Shown here piece after piece: positions 49,953 through 60,311 of a stretch of DNA of 64,000 nt (its first letter is position 1; each line of letters starts with the position of its first letter). The notes under the pieces were generated by a model. The model searched no databases, was not told the origin of the DNA, and saw only the letters and a list, made by a program, of their open reading frames with translations. The DNA is taken from the NCBI GenBank assembly GCA_963799485.1, contig CAWCXJ010000006.1, forward strand, positions 160,001 to 224,000. The letters are read 5' to 3'. Origin of the DNA: an uncultured Trueperaceae bacterium (GTDB lineage Bacteria > Deinococcota > Deinococci > Deinococcales > Trueperaceae). Made by a program: the position numbers and the translations under genes.

Positions 49953-51021
49953 GAGCTTGTCCTGCAGCTTGGCTTTGTGTGATAGCTTGGCTTTGTGTGA
50001 CCTGACCTCCGGAGATAAGAAACTGCGCGGCGGCGTGCGGCGGCGCTTCGGTTCCGCTCACAACAGCCTGCGGCGCTCTCGAGGCCAGCCGCAACAAAAA
50101 CTCACGCCGTCCGGCGTCGAGTTCGGCGGTAAAGTCGTCGAGCAGTAATACAGGTGCTTCGCGGTGCTTTTCGCTTAAAAGCCGATACTCGGCGACGCGT
50201 AAAGACAAGGCGGCGGTGCGGGCTTCCCCCCTCGAGCCGTAGGCCTGAACACTGTGCCCGCCCAAAGTCAGGAGCATATCACCCCGGTGCGGCCCCACGA
50301 CGGTCACGCCACGGGCGCGTTCCTCGAGTTCGGCTTCAGCGAGCGCGTCTCCCAGATTTTCGTGTGCGCCGGTCAATGCGACCCCCAGGGGTTTATCGTC
50401 GCCGGAAATCTCCGCGTAGGTCTCGGCGGCAATCGTCGCGATTTTGACCAAAGCCCTTGCCCGTAACGCACCTACTGCATTGCCGAGTTCGACAAACCGC
50501 TCCGTCCAGACGCTCAGGGTGGGGTCGCCGCGCTTTAGGGCGGCGTTACGTTGCTCCACGACTCGAGTATACTCGCGGTGCAAAAGTGCGTAGCGAACTG
50601 AAAGCTTGCTCAAAAGGCTGTCCAGGTAACCGCGCCGGAGCGCCGGAGCGCCGTGGATGAGGTCGGCGTCTTCAGGTGTAATCAAGACTGCTGCCGACAC
50701 TTTGGCGAGTTCAAAGGCGCGCACGGTCTGCCCGTCCAGCCGGACGACTTTTTTGCCCGGAGCCAGCCCAATCTGCGTGCTCACCACACCGTCGTCTCGT
50801 TCGACACTTACGCTCACATACCCTTCGGTCTCGCCCAAACGGACGGTTTCGGAGATTTTGCCGTAAGGGAGTTCGCCGCTGCAGCCCAGATAAACAGCTT
50901 CTAAAAGGTTCGATTTACCCGCCGCGTTACGCCCGACGACCGCCGTAACGCCGGGGCCGAAACTCAACCGGGGCGTGTTTAGGTTGCGGAAGTTGAGCTG
51001 TGATAACGCCCGTAAAAGCAC
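49939..51021 (-). CDS. recF: DNA replication and repair protein RecF
   Basis: NFRNL, GRNAAGKSNLLEA, VGPHR, SRGE, LLLDDFTAELD. Confidence 0.95.
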   Translation of the reverse strand: MLLRALSQLNFRNLNTPRLSFGPGVTAVVGRNAAGKSNLLEAVYLGCSGELPYGKISETVRLGETEGYVSVSVERDDGVVSTQIGLAPGKKVVRLDGQTVRAFELAKVSAAVLITPEDADLIHGAPALRRGYLDSLLSKLSVRYALLHREYTRVVEQRNAALKRGDPTLSVWTERFVELGNAVGALRARALVKIATIAAETYAEISGDDKPLGVALTGAHENLGDALAEAELEERARGVTVVGPHRGDMLLTLGGHSVQAYGSRGEARTAALSLRVAEYRLLSEKHREAPVLLLDDFTAELDAGRREFLLRLASRAPQAVVSGTEAPPHAAAQFLISGGQVTQSQAITQSQAAGQARAEP

Positions 51022-51378
51022 GTTTTCAAGCTTAACCCGTCTTCTAGCCGAGGTTTTAGGAGCAGCGGGTAGTTTTTTAGGCGTTGTTGCGTGAACAGGC
51101 AAAAGAGGCCTTGGCCGAAACGACTATGATTGAAACGACTGTGTTTTGTCTCAAAGCAACCTTCTAAGCCCAAGCCTTTGCCGGGCGCTTTGACAACCAA
51201 GCGACTGAACTCGAGCGCAAGTATAAAGCCCTCACTATTCGCGCCCATTGCCGTAAAATTGCGGCTCACAACTTCGCCGGCCCCGTTATTCCCTAGCAGT
51301 CGAGGTGAAATGTCGTTTATTTGCGAGTAGTTACCACGCTTCGCCGGCAAGAGAGTTGGTTTGGCTGCGCAACTAGAG

Positions 51379-52668
51379 CTAAGGCTGCAACCGGCTCCCG
51401 TCTCTCGGAAACGCCCGCGCAAACCGCACATTGGGAATATTGAGGAGCAGCGCCGTAAGCCGCTCCGCCCCGAGCGCGAACCCGCCGTGCGGCGGCATCC
51501 CGTACTTGAAGACCTCCAAGTAGCCCTTAAACGCCGCCGGGTCCATTTTGCGTTTTTGCAGTTCTTCGACGAGCACCGCGTAAGTGTGGATACGCTGCCC
51601 GCCGGAGCTGATTTCCAGTCCCCGGAAAATCAGGTCGAAACCCAGCGTCAGCCCGTCACCGGTCGGGTAAGTGTAAAAAGGCCGCGCGGCTTGCGGGTAG
51701 TTCGTGACAAAGACAAAATCCGAACCGTGTTCCTCTTTGGCCCAGCGCCCGATCAAGCGTTCGGCTTCGGGGTCTAGGTCTTTGCCGCCGGTTTGGTGCC
51801 CGTAACGCTCTGCCACCAGCTCTCTCGCCTCTAAAAGCGTAATCCGTGGGAACGCGGTCTTTACGTCCGGGGCAGCGGCCTCGAGCAGCGCCAACTCAGG
51901 CGAGCACGTCTCGGCGGCGTGCATCATCATCGTTTTGAGCAGGGTTTCCTCGAGCCCCATCACCTCGTCCACCGACTCGATAAAACCCATTTCAACATCA
52001 AGTGACAAGTATTCGGACAGGTGACGGCTGGTGTGCGACAACTCGGCGCGGTAGACCGGCGCGGTTTCAAACACCCGCTCGTACACGCCGACCATGATCT
52101 GTTTGTAAAGCTGCGGCGACTGCGCCAGATACGCGCGTTTGCCGTAATAATCGACTTCAAACAGGGCCGCGCCGCCCTCGGCACCCGCCGCCACGAGTTT
52201 AGGCGTAAAGATTTCGGTAAAGTCTTGGGCAATCAGGGTATCCCGGAATGAACGCACCAGTTCGGCCTGCACTTTGAGTGCGGCCCTGGCTTTAGGACTC
52301 CGCAGCGAGACGTGACGGTATTCCAGCAAGGTATCCGGGTTGACGTTCCACTCCTCTTTCGGGATTTCAATCGGCGCCGGTTCGGTCGCTTCGGCAATCA
52401 CTTCCAGCTTTTCGGCCTGAAGCTCCAACCCACCCGGTGCTTTTTTACTCTCGACGACCCGGCCCGACACGCGCACCGACGATTCGGCTAGCGGCAGGTC
52501 AACTTTGCCGAAAACGCACTGCACTACCCCCGTGCGGTCGCGCAGGAGCAGAAAACGGATGCCGCCTAAGTCGCGGCGCGAATGTACCCAGCCTTGCAAG
52601 CCGACGTGTTCGCCCAAGTGCTTAGGCAAGTTGGCAACGAGGGTGCGCGGTTCAGCGGTAATGCTCAC
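51379..52668 (-). CDS. aspS: Aspartate--tRNA(Asp/Asn) ligase, short non-discriminating type
   Basis: About 430 aa; GWVHSRRDLGG and KAPGG; AEGGA, YLAQSPQLYKQ, SSGGQR, PPHGGFALGAER. Confidence 0.92.
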   Translation of the reverse strand: MSITAEPRTLVANLPKHLGEHVGLQGWVHSRRDLGGIRFLLLRDRTGVVQCVFGKVDLPLAESSVRVSGRVVESKKAPGGLELQAEKLEVIAEATEPAPIEIPKEEWNVNPDTLLEYRHVSLRSPKARAALKVQAELVRSFRDTLIAQDFTEIFTPKLVAAGAEGGAALFEVDYYGKRAYLAQSPQLYKQIMVGVYERVFETAPVYRAELSHTSRHLSEYLSLDVEMGFIESVDEVMGLEETLLKTMMMHAAETCSPELALLEAAAPDVKTAFPRITLLEARELVAERYGHQTGGKDLDPEAERLIGRWAKEEHGSDFVFVTNYPQAARPFYTYPTGDGLTLGFDLIFRGLEISSGGQRIHTYAVLVEELQKRKMDPAAFKGYLEVFKYGMPPHGGFALGAERLTALLLNIPNVRFARAFPRDGSRLQP

Positions 52669-52684
52669 AAAAACTCCCTTAAGC

Positions 52685-52710
52685 AAAAAACCTCGAGGCT
52701 TGCTCGAGGT
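52685..52710 (-). terminator. Attenuator terminator in the aspS leader
   Basis: ACCTCGAG-CAAGC-CTCGAGGT followed by TTTTT, between the leader ORF and the aspS RBS. Confidence 0.8.
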
Positions 52711-52731
52711 CACAGGCTCACTTTTATGCGC

Positions 52732-52779
52732 CTACGCCCCGTACCACCAATTATCGTCGTCAAAGCGTCGGGGATTCAT
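52732..52779 (-). CDS. Putative aspS leader peptide MNPRRFDDDNWWYGA
   Basis: ATG 7 nt after extended -10 TGCTACAGT; consecutive GAC GAC GAT AAT; stop lies within the antiterminator arm. Confidence 0.7.
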   Translation of the reverse strand: MNPRRFDDDNWWYGA

Positions 52780-52795
52780 AGGCTGAACTGTAGCA
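52775..52795. repeat. 21-bp direct repeat, copy 1 (TTCATAGGCTGAACTGTAGCA)
   Basis: Identical to 57606-57626. Confidence 0.9.
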
Positions 52796-53033
52796 TTCAC
52801 GCCCACGCTAGGCAACTGCACCTTGATGTTTGCTGAACATACAGGTCGTTGCGGGCAGCCCGGACAAGCGGTACTCGAGCTTTATTTTACGGCGAATTTG
52901 GCATAGACGAGTTGGTTTTTTTGCGCCGTTGCGGCGCACCCTCCGGTACGGATGGACGCTTTTCAACCGCTCGCACATTTTTGACTACACCCAGCGAAAC
53001 TCGTCCCGGTTGTTGTCGTGGCTACGACGTAAA

Positions 53034-54017
53034 CTACGGTGCAAAAGTCGGCGTGCGCTCCGCACTTTCCGCAGCAGCTTCTTGAAGCCGTTCCACGTCG
53101 CGCCGTGGCGGTAGGCCGAAGTGCCTTTTGTACTCTCGACTAAAGTGCGAGGCGTCCTCGTAACCTACGCGGAAGGCGGCGCTCGCTGCGTCCAACTGCT
53201 CACCGAGCATCAGCCGCCGGGCTTCTTGCAGCCGCAGCCGCTTCTGGAACTGCAAGGGACTCATCGCGGTCACGGCCTTGAAGGTGTGGTGAAACCCCGA
53301 CACGCTCATATTGAGGTCTTGCGCGATGCTCTCTACCCGTAGCGGCTGGTCGAAGTCTTTACGGAGCCGCTCGATGGCCTTGGTAACGCGGTGTGTTTGG
53401 CCTCCCAAGCCAGCAATGTGACCGAGCCTACCGCCCTGCGCGCCCAGCAGCAGCCGGTAGACGATTTCGCGCATAACGAGTGGGGCGAGAAAAGCGGCGT
53501 CTTTGGGAGCGTCTACAAGCCTGACGAGCCGCAGCAAGGCGTCCAGCAGACCGGCGTCCAGCGCGCTGACGCCGATGGCCCGCAGGTCGGCCCGGGTTTT
53601 CGGTGCCAGGTAGTCGGCCTCGAGCATCACTGAACCGACGAGGGTGGGCTCGAGCTTCAGGCGCAAGCTGAGGTAGGGCTTTTCTTTCGACGCAGCCAGA
53701 ACGTGCGTTACCGTAGGCAGCTCACCTGTGACCAGCAGGTAATGGGCGGGGTCGTACTGATAGCGCTCGCCCCCGAGAAGAACTTCTTTGCTGCCCTGGG
53801 CAATCACGCAAAAAGCAGGCTCGGACACGCTGTGAAGCGGCTCTTTAGGCGAGGAGAGGCGGTGGAGGTAGAGACCTCTCAGCGGTTCAGCGCTCCCGTC
53901 TTCACGAACGACCCCGGCGACGCGCTCGACCAGCTCACCGATGCTGTCCTGCACCCTGGGCAATTCGCGGTTTGGCTGCCGAAAACTTACCGAGTTTATA
54001 GGAGCTCCATCAGACAT
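53034..54017 (-). CDS. AraC family regulator (YqhC-like)
   Basis: CVIAQGSK, EIVYRLL, MSPLQFQKRLRLQEARRLM, VGYEDASHFSREYKR. Confidence 0.92.
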   Translation of the reverse strand: MSDGAPINSVSFRQPNRELPRVQDSIGELVERVAGVVREDGSAEPLRGLYLHRLSSPKEPLHSVSEPAFCVIAQGSKEVLLGGERYQYDPAHYLLVTGELPTVTHVLAASKEKPYLSLRLKLEPTLVGSVMLEADYLAPKTRADLRAIGVSALDAGLLDALLRLVRLVDAPKDAAFLAPLVMREIVYRLLLGAQGGRLGHIAGLGGQTHRVTKAIERLRKDFDQPLRVESIAQDLNMSVSGFHHTFKAVTAMSPLQFQKRLRLQEARRLMLGEQLDAASAAFRVGYEDASHFSREYKRHFGLPPRRDVERLQEAAAESAERTPTFAP

Positions 54018-54179
54018 TTCCCGCCGCCTTTTTGAAATTGCAGAATCGTTCAATTATCCTCGAGAATCATTCTACCAGTCTGCGCCACGGTGAGGCTAAA
54101 GTAACCATCAGGCGAAGGAACGACGCTCGAGCCCCAACCAACGCGTTGGAGTTTCGTTAAAGAGAACAGGAGCTTTACA

Positions 54180-54368
54180 GTGGATTCAATCACCCAGTTG
54201 ATGTTAAGAGCTGAACGCGACGCGGAGGCGGAGCGCCGCGCATACGTGGTGTACAAAGCCGACTTTATAGACGAAAACCCGGTGCGCTCACCCGAAGAGG
54301 ATACCTTTCGCGGACGCTTCAAGCTGTTTCGCCGTCAACGCCACCAGCGACCGTGTAAATGTGCCTGA
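54180..54368 (+). CDS. Small hypothetical protein
   Basis: AGGAG RBS before GTG; 62 aa, co-directional with the AKR genes. Confidence 0.45.
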   Translation: MDSITQLMLRAERDAEAERRAYVVYKADFIDENPVRSPEEDTFRGRFKLFRRQRHQRPCKCA

Positions 54369-54513
54369 TTGAAGGAAAAACCCATGCAGACGCACAAACT
54401 CGGCGACCGTAATGGAGACGAGCAGATAATCTCACCGTTTCGACACAGCAGAGTACAAGCCATTCGCAAACCGGTGTTAGCTACAGGTAGTAACGCGGTA
54501 CTTAAGCCAGTAA

Positions 54514-55386
<873 letters not shown>

Positions 55387-55497
55387 GCCCATTTCAGCGT
55401 TACGGGAGAGCACCCCGAGGTTCCGAGACTGGCTCGAGCCGGTCGGCGACGAACAGTACCAAGGTTAAAATACCAAGGTAAGTAAAAGGGGTAAAAG

Positions 55498-56484
55498 ATG
55501 GACTACACGAAACTTGGCAACACCGGCGTTGACGTTTCCCGGATTTGTCTCGGCTGCATGAGTTTCGGCTCTGCCGAGAGCTGGGTTCACAACGAGTGGG
55601 CGCTTAGCGAAGAGGAAAGCCGCACCATCATCAAACGGGCGCTTGATTTGGGGGTCAATTTTTTTGATACCGCCAACGTTTACGCCTTCGGAAGCAGCGA
55701 AGAAATTCTCGGTCGGGCGTTAAAGGATTATGCCAACCGCGATGAAATCGTGCTTGCCACCAAGCTGCACGGCAAAATGCGCGACGGCCCGAACGGTTCC
55801 GGTTTGTCCCGTAAAGCCGTCATGAGCGAAATCGACAAGAGCTTGGAGCGTTTAGGGACGGATTACGTCGACCTCTACATCATCCACCGCTGGGACTACC
55901 ACACCCCTATCGAAGAAACGATGGAAGCGCTGCACGACGTGGTAAAAGCCGGTAAAGCCCGCTATATCGGCGCGTCGGCGATGTTCGCGTGGCAATTCCA
56001 GAGGGCGTTACATGTAGCTGAAAAGCACAACTGGACGCGCTTTGTGTCGATGCAAAACCACCTGAATCTCTTGTACCGTGAAGAAGAGCGCGAGATGCTG
56101 CCGCTCTGCCGTGCTGAAGGTATCGGGGTGACGCCGTACAGCCCACTCGCCTCGGGAAGATTGACGCGTGATTGGTCAGCAGAAAGCTCGGTTCGTGCGG
56201 AAACGGACAAAATCGCCAAGAGCAAATACGACGCTACTGCTGATACCGACAAGCAGGTTGTCGAGCGGGTTGCAGAGCTTGCAGAAAAGCAAGGGGTTCC
56301 GCGCGTCCACATCGCGCTTGCCTGGTTGTTACAAAAAGAGCCGGTCACAGCGCCCATCATCGGAGCTACCAAAATCTCACACCTCGAGGATGCCGTCGGG
56401 GCGCTGTCCGTTACGCTGACCCCGGACGAGGTCGGCTATTTAGAAGCGCCGTATGTGCCGCACGCCATCGTCGGGCATCAGTAG
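55498..56484 (+). CDS. Aldo/keto reductase (YajO/aryl-alcohol dehydrogenase-like)
   Basis: LGCMSFG, FFDTANVY, DLYIIHRWD, SMQNHLNLLYREEEREM. Confidence 0.92.
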   Translation: MDYTKLGNTGVDVSRICLGCMSFGSAESWVHNEWALSEEESRTIIKRALDLGVNFFDTANVYAFGSSEEILGRALKDYANRDEIVLATKLHGKMRDGPNGSGLSRKAVMSEIDKSLERLGTDYVDLYIIHRWDYHTPIEETMEALHDVVKAGKARYIGASAMFAWQFQRALHVAEKHNWTRFVSMQNHLNLLYREEEREMLPLCRAEGIGVTPYSPLASGRLTRDWSAESSVRAETDKIAKSKYDATADTDKQVVERVAELAEKQGVPRVHIALAWLLQKEPVTAPIIGATKISHLEDAVGALSVTLTPDEVGYLEAPYVPHAIVGHQ

Positions 56485-56602
56485 CTGAACGGCTGGGACC
56501 TGTCAACCAAGGGCAAGCTCGAGCCTAATGAACGGCTGAGGTAGCTCGCAAAGAGCAAAAGGAGCTGACTGCCGGGGCGCTTAACGACCTCGGTAACAAT
56601 TT

Positions 56603-57541
56603 ATGACAACCACCGACAACCTACGCGGGGTCAGCTTTCTGGGGCTGGGGATGCTGATCTTCTCGCTTCAGGATGTCGCCGTCAAGTGGATTGGCGGCGA
56701 CTATCCCATTCTGGAAATCGTCGTTTTTCGCAGCTTGACCGCCTTGCCCCTCACGCTGCTGCTGTTTCGCCTCGAGGGGGGACGGGGGTTGCCCAAGACC
56801 CGGCAGCTCAGGCTCGAGGCTGTTCGCGGTCTCTTTTACTTTCTCTCGTACACCACATATTTCATGGGTTTAGCGTCGTTGCCGCTCGCCGAAATTGCCG
56901 CGATCAAGTTCTCCGGCCCCTTGATGATTACCTTTTTATCGGTCGTGATGCTGGGCGAAACGGTCGGGCCACGCCGCTGGCTGGCACTGCTCGTCGGCTT
57001 TGTGGGCGTTCTGCTGATTGTCAGACCCGGTATGGCAACCTTTAATATCGGCTCTATTTTTGTCTTGCTGTCTGTACTCTTCTACGCGCTGGCGGCGATA
57101 CTTACGCGCAGACTGCAAACCACCGACAGCAGCGCAACGATGGCCTACTTTAGCTCGCTCGTCTATCTGCTGGTCACACTCGTCTTGGTTCCCCCCATTC
57201 TTTTCGTCGGCGACTTTCCCAATGCTCACCCGAGCATCGCTTTTCTTTTTCGTACCTGGGCTACTCCGACTTTGCTGGATGGGGTCATCATGACCGGATT
57301 GGGGCTGATTTGGGCCGGGGGGATGTACTTTTTGGCTCGAGCCTACAGCGTCGCGCTGGCCTCGGTCGTAGCTCCGTTTGAGTATGTCGCGCTGCCGATT
57401 AACGTGCTGTGGGGCTTTATCCTCTGGCGAGAGCTGCCGGGGTGGACGACCTGGGCGGGGGCGTCATTGGCACTGCTTAGCGGATGGTACGTCTTGTACC
57501 GGGAACAGAGAGAACGGCGCGCTCAGACAGAGACAGCGTAG
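56603..57541 (+). CDS. DMT (EamA) family transporter
   Basis: Multi-pass hydrophobic; LGETVG...VGFVGVLLIVRPG; VAPFEY. Confidence 0.9.
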   Translation: MTTTDNLRGVSFLGLGMLIFSLQDVAVKWIGGDYPILEIVVFRSLTALPLTLLLFRLEGGRGLPKTRQLRLEAVRGLFYFLSYTTYFMGLASLPLAEIAAIKFSGPLMITFLSVVMLGETVGPRRWLALLVGFVGVLLIVRPGMATFNIGSIFVLLSVLFYALAAILTRRLQTTDSSATMAYFSSLVYLLVTLVLVPPILFVGDFPNAHPSIAFLFRTWATPTLLDGVIMTGLGLIWAGGMYFLARAYSVALASVVAPFEYVALPINVLWGFILWRELPGWTTWAGASLALLSGWYVLYREQRERRAQTETA

Positions 57542-57605
57542 CGGGCTCGCCTCTAAGGGCATTACGCCCTATATCACCGATTTTTAGGCTGTAAGGTGCA
57601 GAAGC

Positions 57606-57626
57606 TTCATAGGCTGAACTGTAGCA
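57606..57626. repeat. 21-bp direct repeat, copy 2
   Basis: Identical to 52775-52795. Confidence 0.9.
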
Positions 57627-58040
57627 CCCGTCTACTTCGGGGGCAGCTGCTAGGTTCCAAACTTCAAGTGATAGCGCCCCGCTCTGTTCCACGTTGGCTT
57701 ATTTCGTAGCTTCGTTACATGCCGTTTTTAAGCAAGCTTGTAGCAACTGTTCATGTTTTTTATGTCAGTCTTACTCAAGGCGGATTCGGTACCTTCCCCA
57801 GCGTGTATCGTAGTCCATCAGTACCAAACCTGAATCGTCCAGTTTCGTTTGGATTTTGTCGGAGTGCTCGAGTCTTTTCCTGAACTTGCGCCGCAAGTGC
57901 TTGTTGAGTTTGCCCAAAGCCCTGCTCCTCAATATTCCGAAGGTGTGCGGTTTGCAAGGGCGTTTCCGAGAGATGGGAGTCGGTTACAGCCGTAAAGATT
58001 TATCAACTCCGTAGCTGACAGATTTGCGCCGCGCCTCTAG

Positions 58041-58889
58041 CTAAGTAGTGGTCGAATCTATATCTATAAAAATCGCTATAGGTATGACCTTCATATGCTC
58101 ATCGTCAAATGTTTCAAGTTTGCCTACGTTATCCTGATCTGTCTGCTGAAAAAATAGTGCTAATGCTGGAAGGTTTCCGCTATTATCTTCTGATACACGG
58201 ATTGAGATGGGTGATCCTGTCATATCAAGAGCTAGCAGTGTGGTGGACGCTCGGATCGGTATACCGTATGCAACTTCGATCACTTCTGAATCTATCAATA
58301 GAAAATCGCGTTGTAATGCCCCAGCAATCTTCTCATCATAGAAGTAAACATCCACCCGCGGGCCCAACTTTTCCATTGCGGAATATACAACCTTTGTTTG
58401 GAATTTTTCTTCATCAGTTTGCTGTATAACGGGACTCTCCGTTATGAATTTCGTACTTTTTACGATTTTGCTGTAGTCAATAATAAAAGGATTCCCGATA
58501 ATTTTCAGAAAAGGTTTTCCGCTTCCGGGTTCGCCTAATATGCTGCGTTGCGCTAAAACGTCTTCAAAGGCTCCAAGAGCCGCATGGTGCAGAATTTGTC
58601 TTTGAACAGTCGTAAAAGTGTCAATGTTTTCAGTGCTGCCGCGAGAAAACTTGACACCGATTGGGAGGGCACCGCCACCTATTTGCGCTTCAGCTGTTGG
58701 ATTCTTTTTGTTTACGTTACTCGCGTCGACACGTTCAAAATACTCGGTCAAGCCGTTATGGAGCTGCGATAAATATGAAGTTATACGGTTAAAATCCAAA
58801 TAGAGGATTTCCCGGAGCGGCCTCTCGTGACTACTTTCGATGTTTCGTCTTTCTGAACTGTTCATCATAATATTTTCTAGTCTTCCCAT
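58041..58889 (-). CDS. AT-rich hypothetical protein (DUF6414-like N-terminus)
   Basis: REILYLDFNRITSYLSQLHNGL and C-terminal PIAIF; AT-rich codons. Confidence 0.6.
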   Translation of the reverse strand: MGRLENIMMNSSERRNIESSHERPLREILYLDFNRITSYLSQLHNGLTEYFERVDASNVNKKNPTAEAQIGGGALPIGVKFSRGSTENIDTFTTVQRQILHHAALGAFEDVLAQRSILGEPGSGKPFLKIIGNPFIIDYSKIVKSTKFITESPVIQQTDEEKFQTKVVYSAMEKLGPRVDVYFYDEKIAGALQRDFLLIDSEVIEVAYGIPIRASTTLLALDMTGSPISIRVSEDNSGNLPALALFFQQTDQDNVGKLETFDDEHMKVIPIAIFIDIDSTTT

Positions 58890-58928
58890 TCTAGTTCTAG
58901 TTGTTTGTCAACGTTACCGCGAGTGAAC

Positions 58929-59555
58929 TCAAGTCTCTCCATTAAACAGCGGTGTCGCCCGCTCTTTACGCACCACCACATGACATTCGCGGCAGCGCGG
59001 CTCGTAACTCTCGGCGGCCCCGACCAAAATCACCGGGTCGTCGAAATGGGCCGGATGCCCGCCGATGAGCCTTTGGGTTCTTGTGGCAGCGGCCCCGCAG
59101 CGCACGCAGACAGCGGTGAGTTTCGTGACCGACTCGGCGCGGGCCAAAAGTTCAGGAATCGGGCCGAACGGTTCGCCGCGAAAGTCGAGGTCGAGACCGG
59201 CGACAATCACGCGCACGCCCGACTCGGCGAGGTCGGCGGCGCAGGTTACGAGGTCATGGGTCAAGAACTGGCCTTCGTCGATGGCAACGACTTGGACGCC
59301 CGGCTCGAGCCCTTGTTGCAACGCCTTCACCCCCGAAACTGAGCGCGCGTCAAGCGTCCGCCCGTTGTGCGAGGCGACCGCAACGCCTTCATGCAGGTCG
59401 TCGTAACGGTTGTCTAGCGCAGGCTTAAAAACTTGTACGTGTTGTTTGGCGATAAAGGCCCTGGTCGTGCGGCGAATCAACTCTTCGGATTTGCCCGAAA
59501 ACATCGGGCCGACGATGACCTCTAAAAAGCCTCCGCGAAAAGGGTAAAACGGCAT
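58929..59555 (-). CDS. tdk: Thymidine kinase
   Basis: [33 protein letters not shown]...YEPRCREC. Confidence 0.95.
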   Translation of the reverse strand: MPFYPFRGGFLEVIVGPMFSGKSEELIRRTTRAFIAKQHVQVFKPALDNRYDDLHEGVAVASHNGRTLDARSVSGVKALQQGLEPGVQVVAIDEGQFLTHDLVTCAADLAESGVRVIVAGLDLDFRGEPFGPIPELLARAESVTKLTAVCVRCGAAATRTQRLIGGHPAHFDDPVILVGAAESYEPRCRECHVVVRKERATPLFNGET

Positions 59556-59636
59556 AAGCGCCACTCTAACCCGAATGTCGGCCCCGAACGCCGGAAGCAG
59601 AGCCTAGCGCCAGTAGACACGCGGTATGCTCAACCG

Positions 59637-60059
59637 ATGACCCTTATATTCCGGCGCAACGTGTTCTTGGTAGTTTTTCTGCTGATCGCCTCGGTTGACG
59701 CGCAAACGGCGCAACTAGCAGCGAGTTTGACAGTCGAGATCACGGCGTATAACTCTACCGTTGCCCAAACCGACGGTGACCCCACCATCACGGCGAGTGG
59801 CGCGGTTGCCGGCCCCGGTACGGTCGCGGTCAGCCGTGACCTGCTAGAACGTTTCCCTTATGGTTCAAAACTCGAGATTCTCTCGGTTTCCGGCAGTGGT
59901 TGCGGCGGCTGGGTGCCGGAAACGCCCCTGACGGTTGCCGACACCATGAACGCCCGTATCCAAAACCACCTCGACGTGTGGTTGGAAACCCTCGAGCAGG
60001 CCCGCAACTGGGGCCGCTGTCAGGCGGAGATAAGGCCTGTAGAAGCTGCTACGGAATAG
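59637..60059 (+). CDS. Secreted 3D-domain (cell-wall, MltA-like) protein
   Basis: Signal peptide; TAYNS...QTDGDPTITASG...VAVSRDLL...DTMNAR...LDVW. Confidence 0.8.
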   Translation: MTLIFRRNVFLVVFLLIASVDAQTAQLAASLTVEITAYNSTVAQTDGDPTITASGAVAGPGTVAVSRDLLERFPYGSKLEILSVSGSGCGGWVPETPLTVADTMNARIQNHLDVWLETLEQARNWGRCQAEIRPVEAATE

Positions 60060-60311
60060 CCTAAAAAACACTCGAAGTCCTCCGGCAAGTTTTAGCGGCG
60101 TGACCTGCAGGCGCGTTCATGCTTTTCTGCGCTGTGCTCCCGGCTTCTGTCCCCTAAATCCCTCACCTCAAACCGCTTCAGGCCGTCACCAGGCTGTCAC
60201 AACCTGAACCCGAGATGTGAAAATCCTTAAGTGTACCGCTCAACGGCAACTTCAAACCCACGTGCTAGACTGGAACGTTAATTTAGGTTCTCTTGCTCTG
60301 AAGGAGACGGC

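Noticed and set aside
52741..52752. T-box riboswitch upstream of aspS (AATTGGTGGTAC resembles the T-box sequence)
   Set aside because: The bulge reads TGGTACG rather than TGGNACC, and the promoter lies only about 30 nt upstream, leaving no room for Stem I or a specifier loop; the leader-peptide model fits better.
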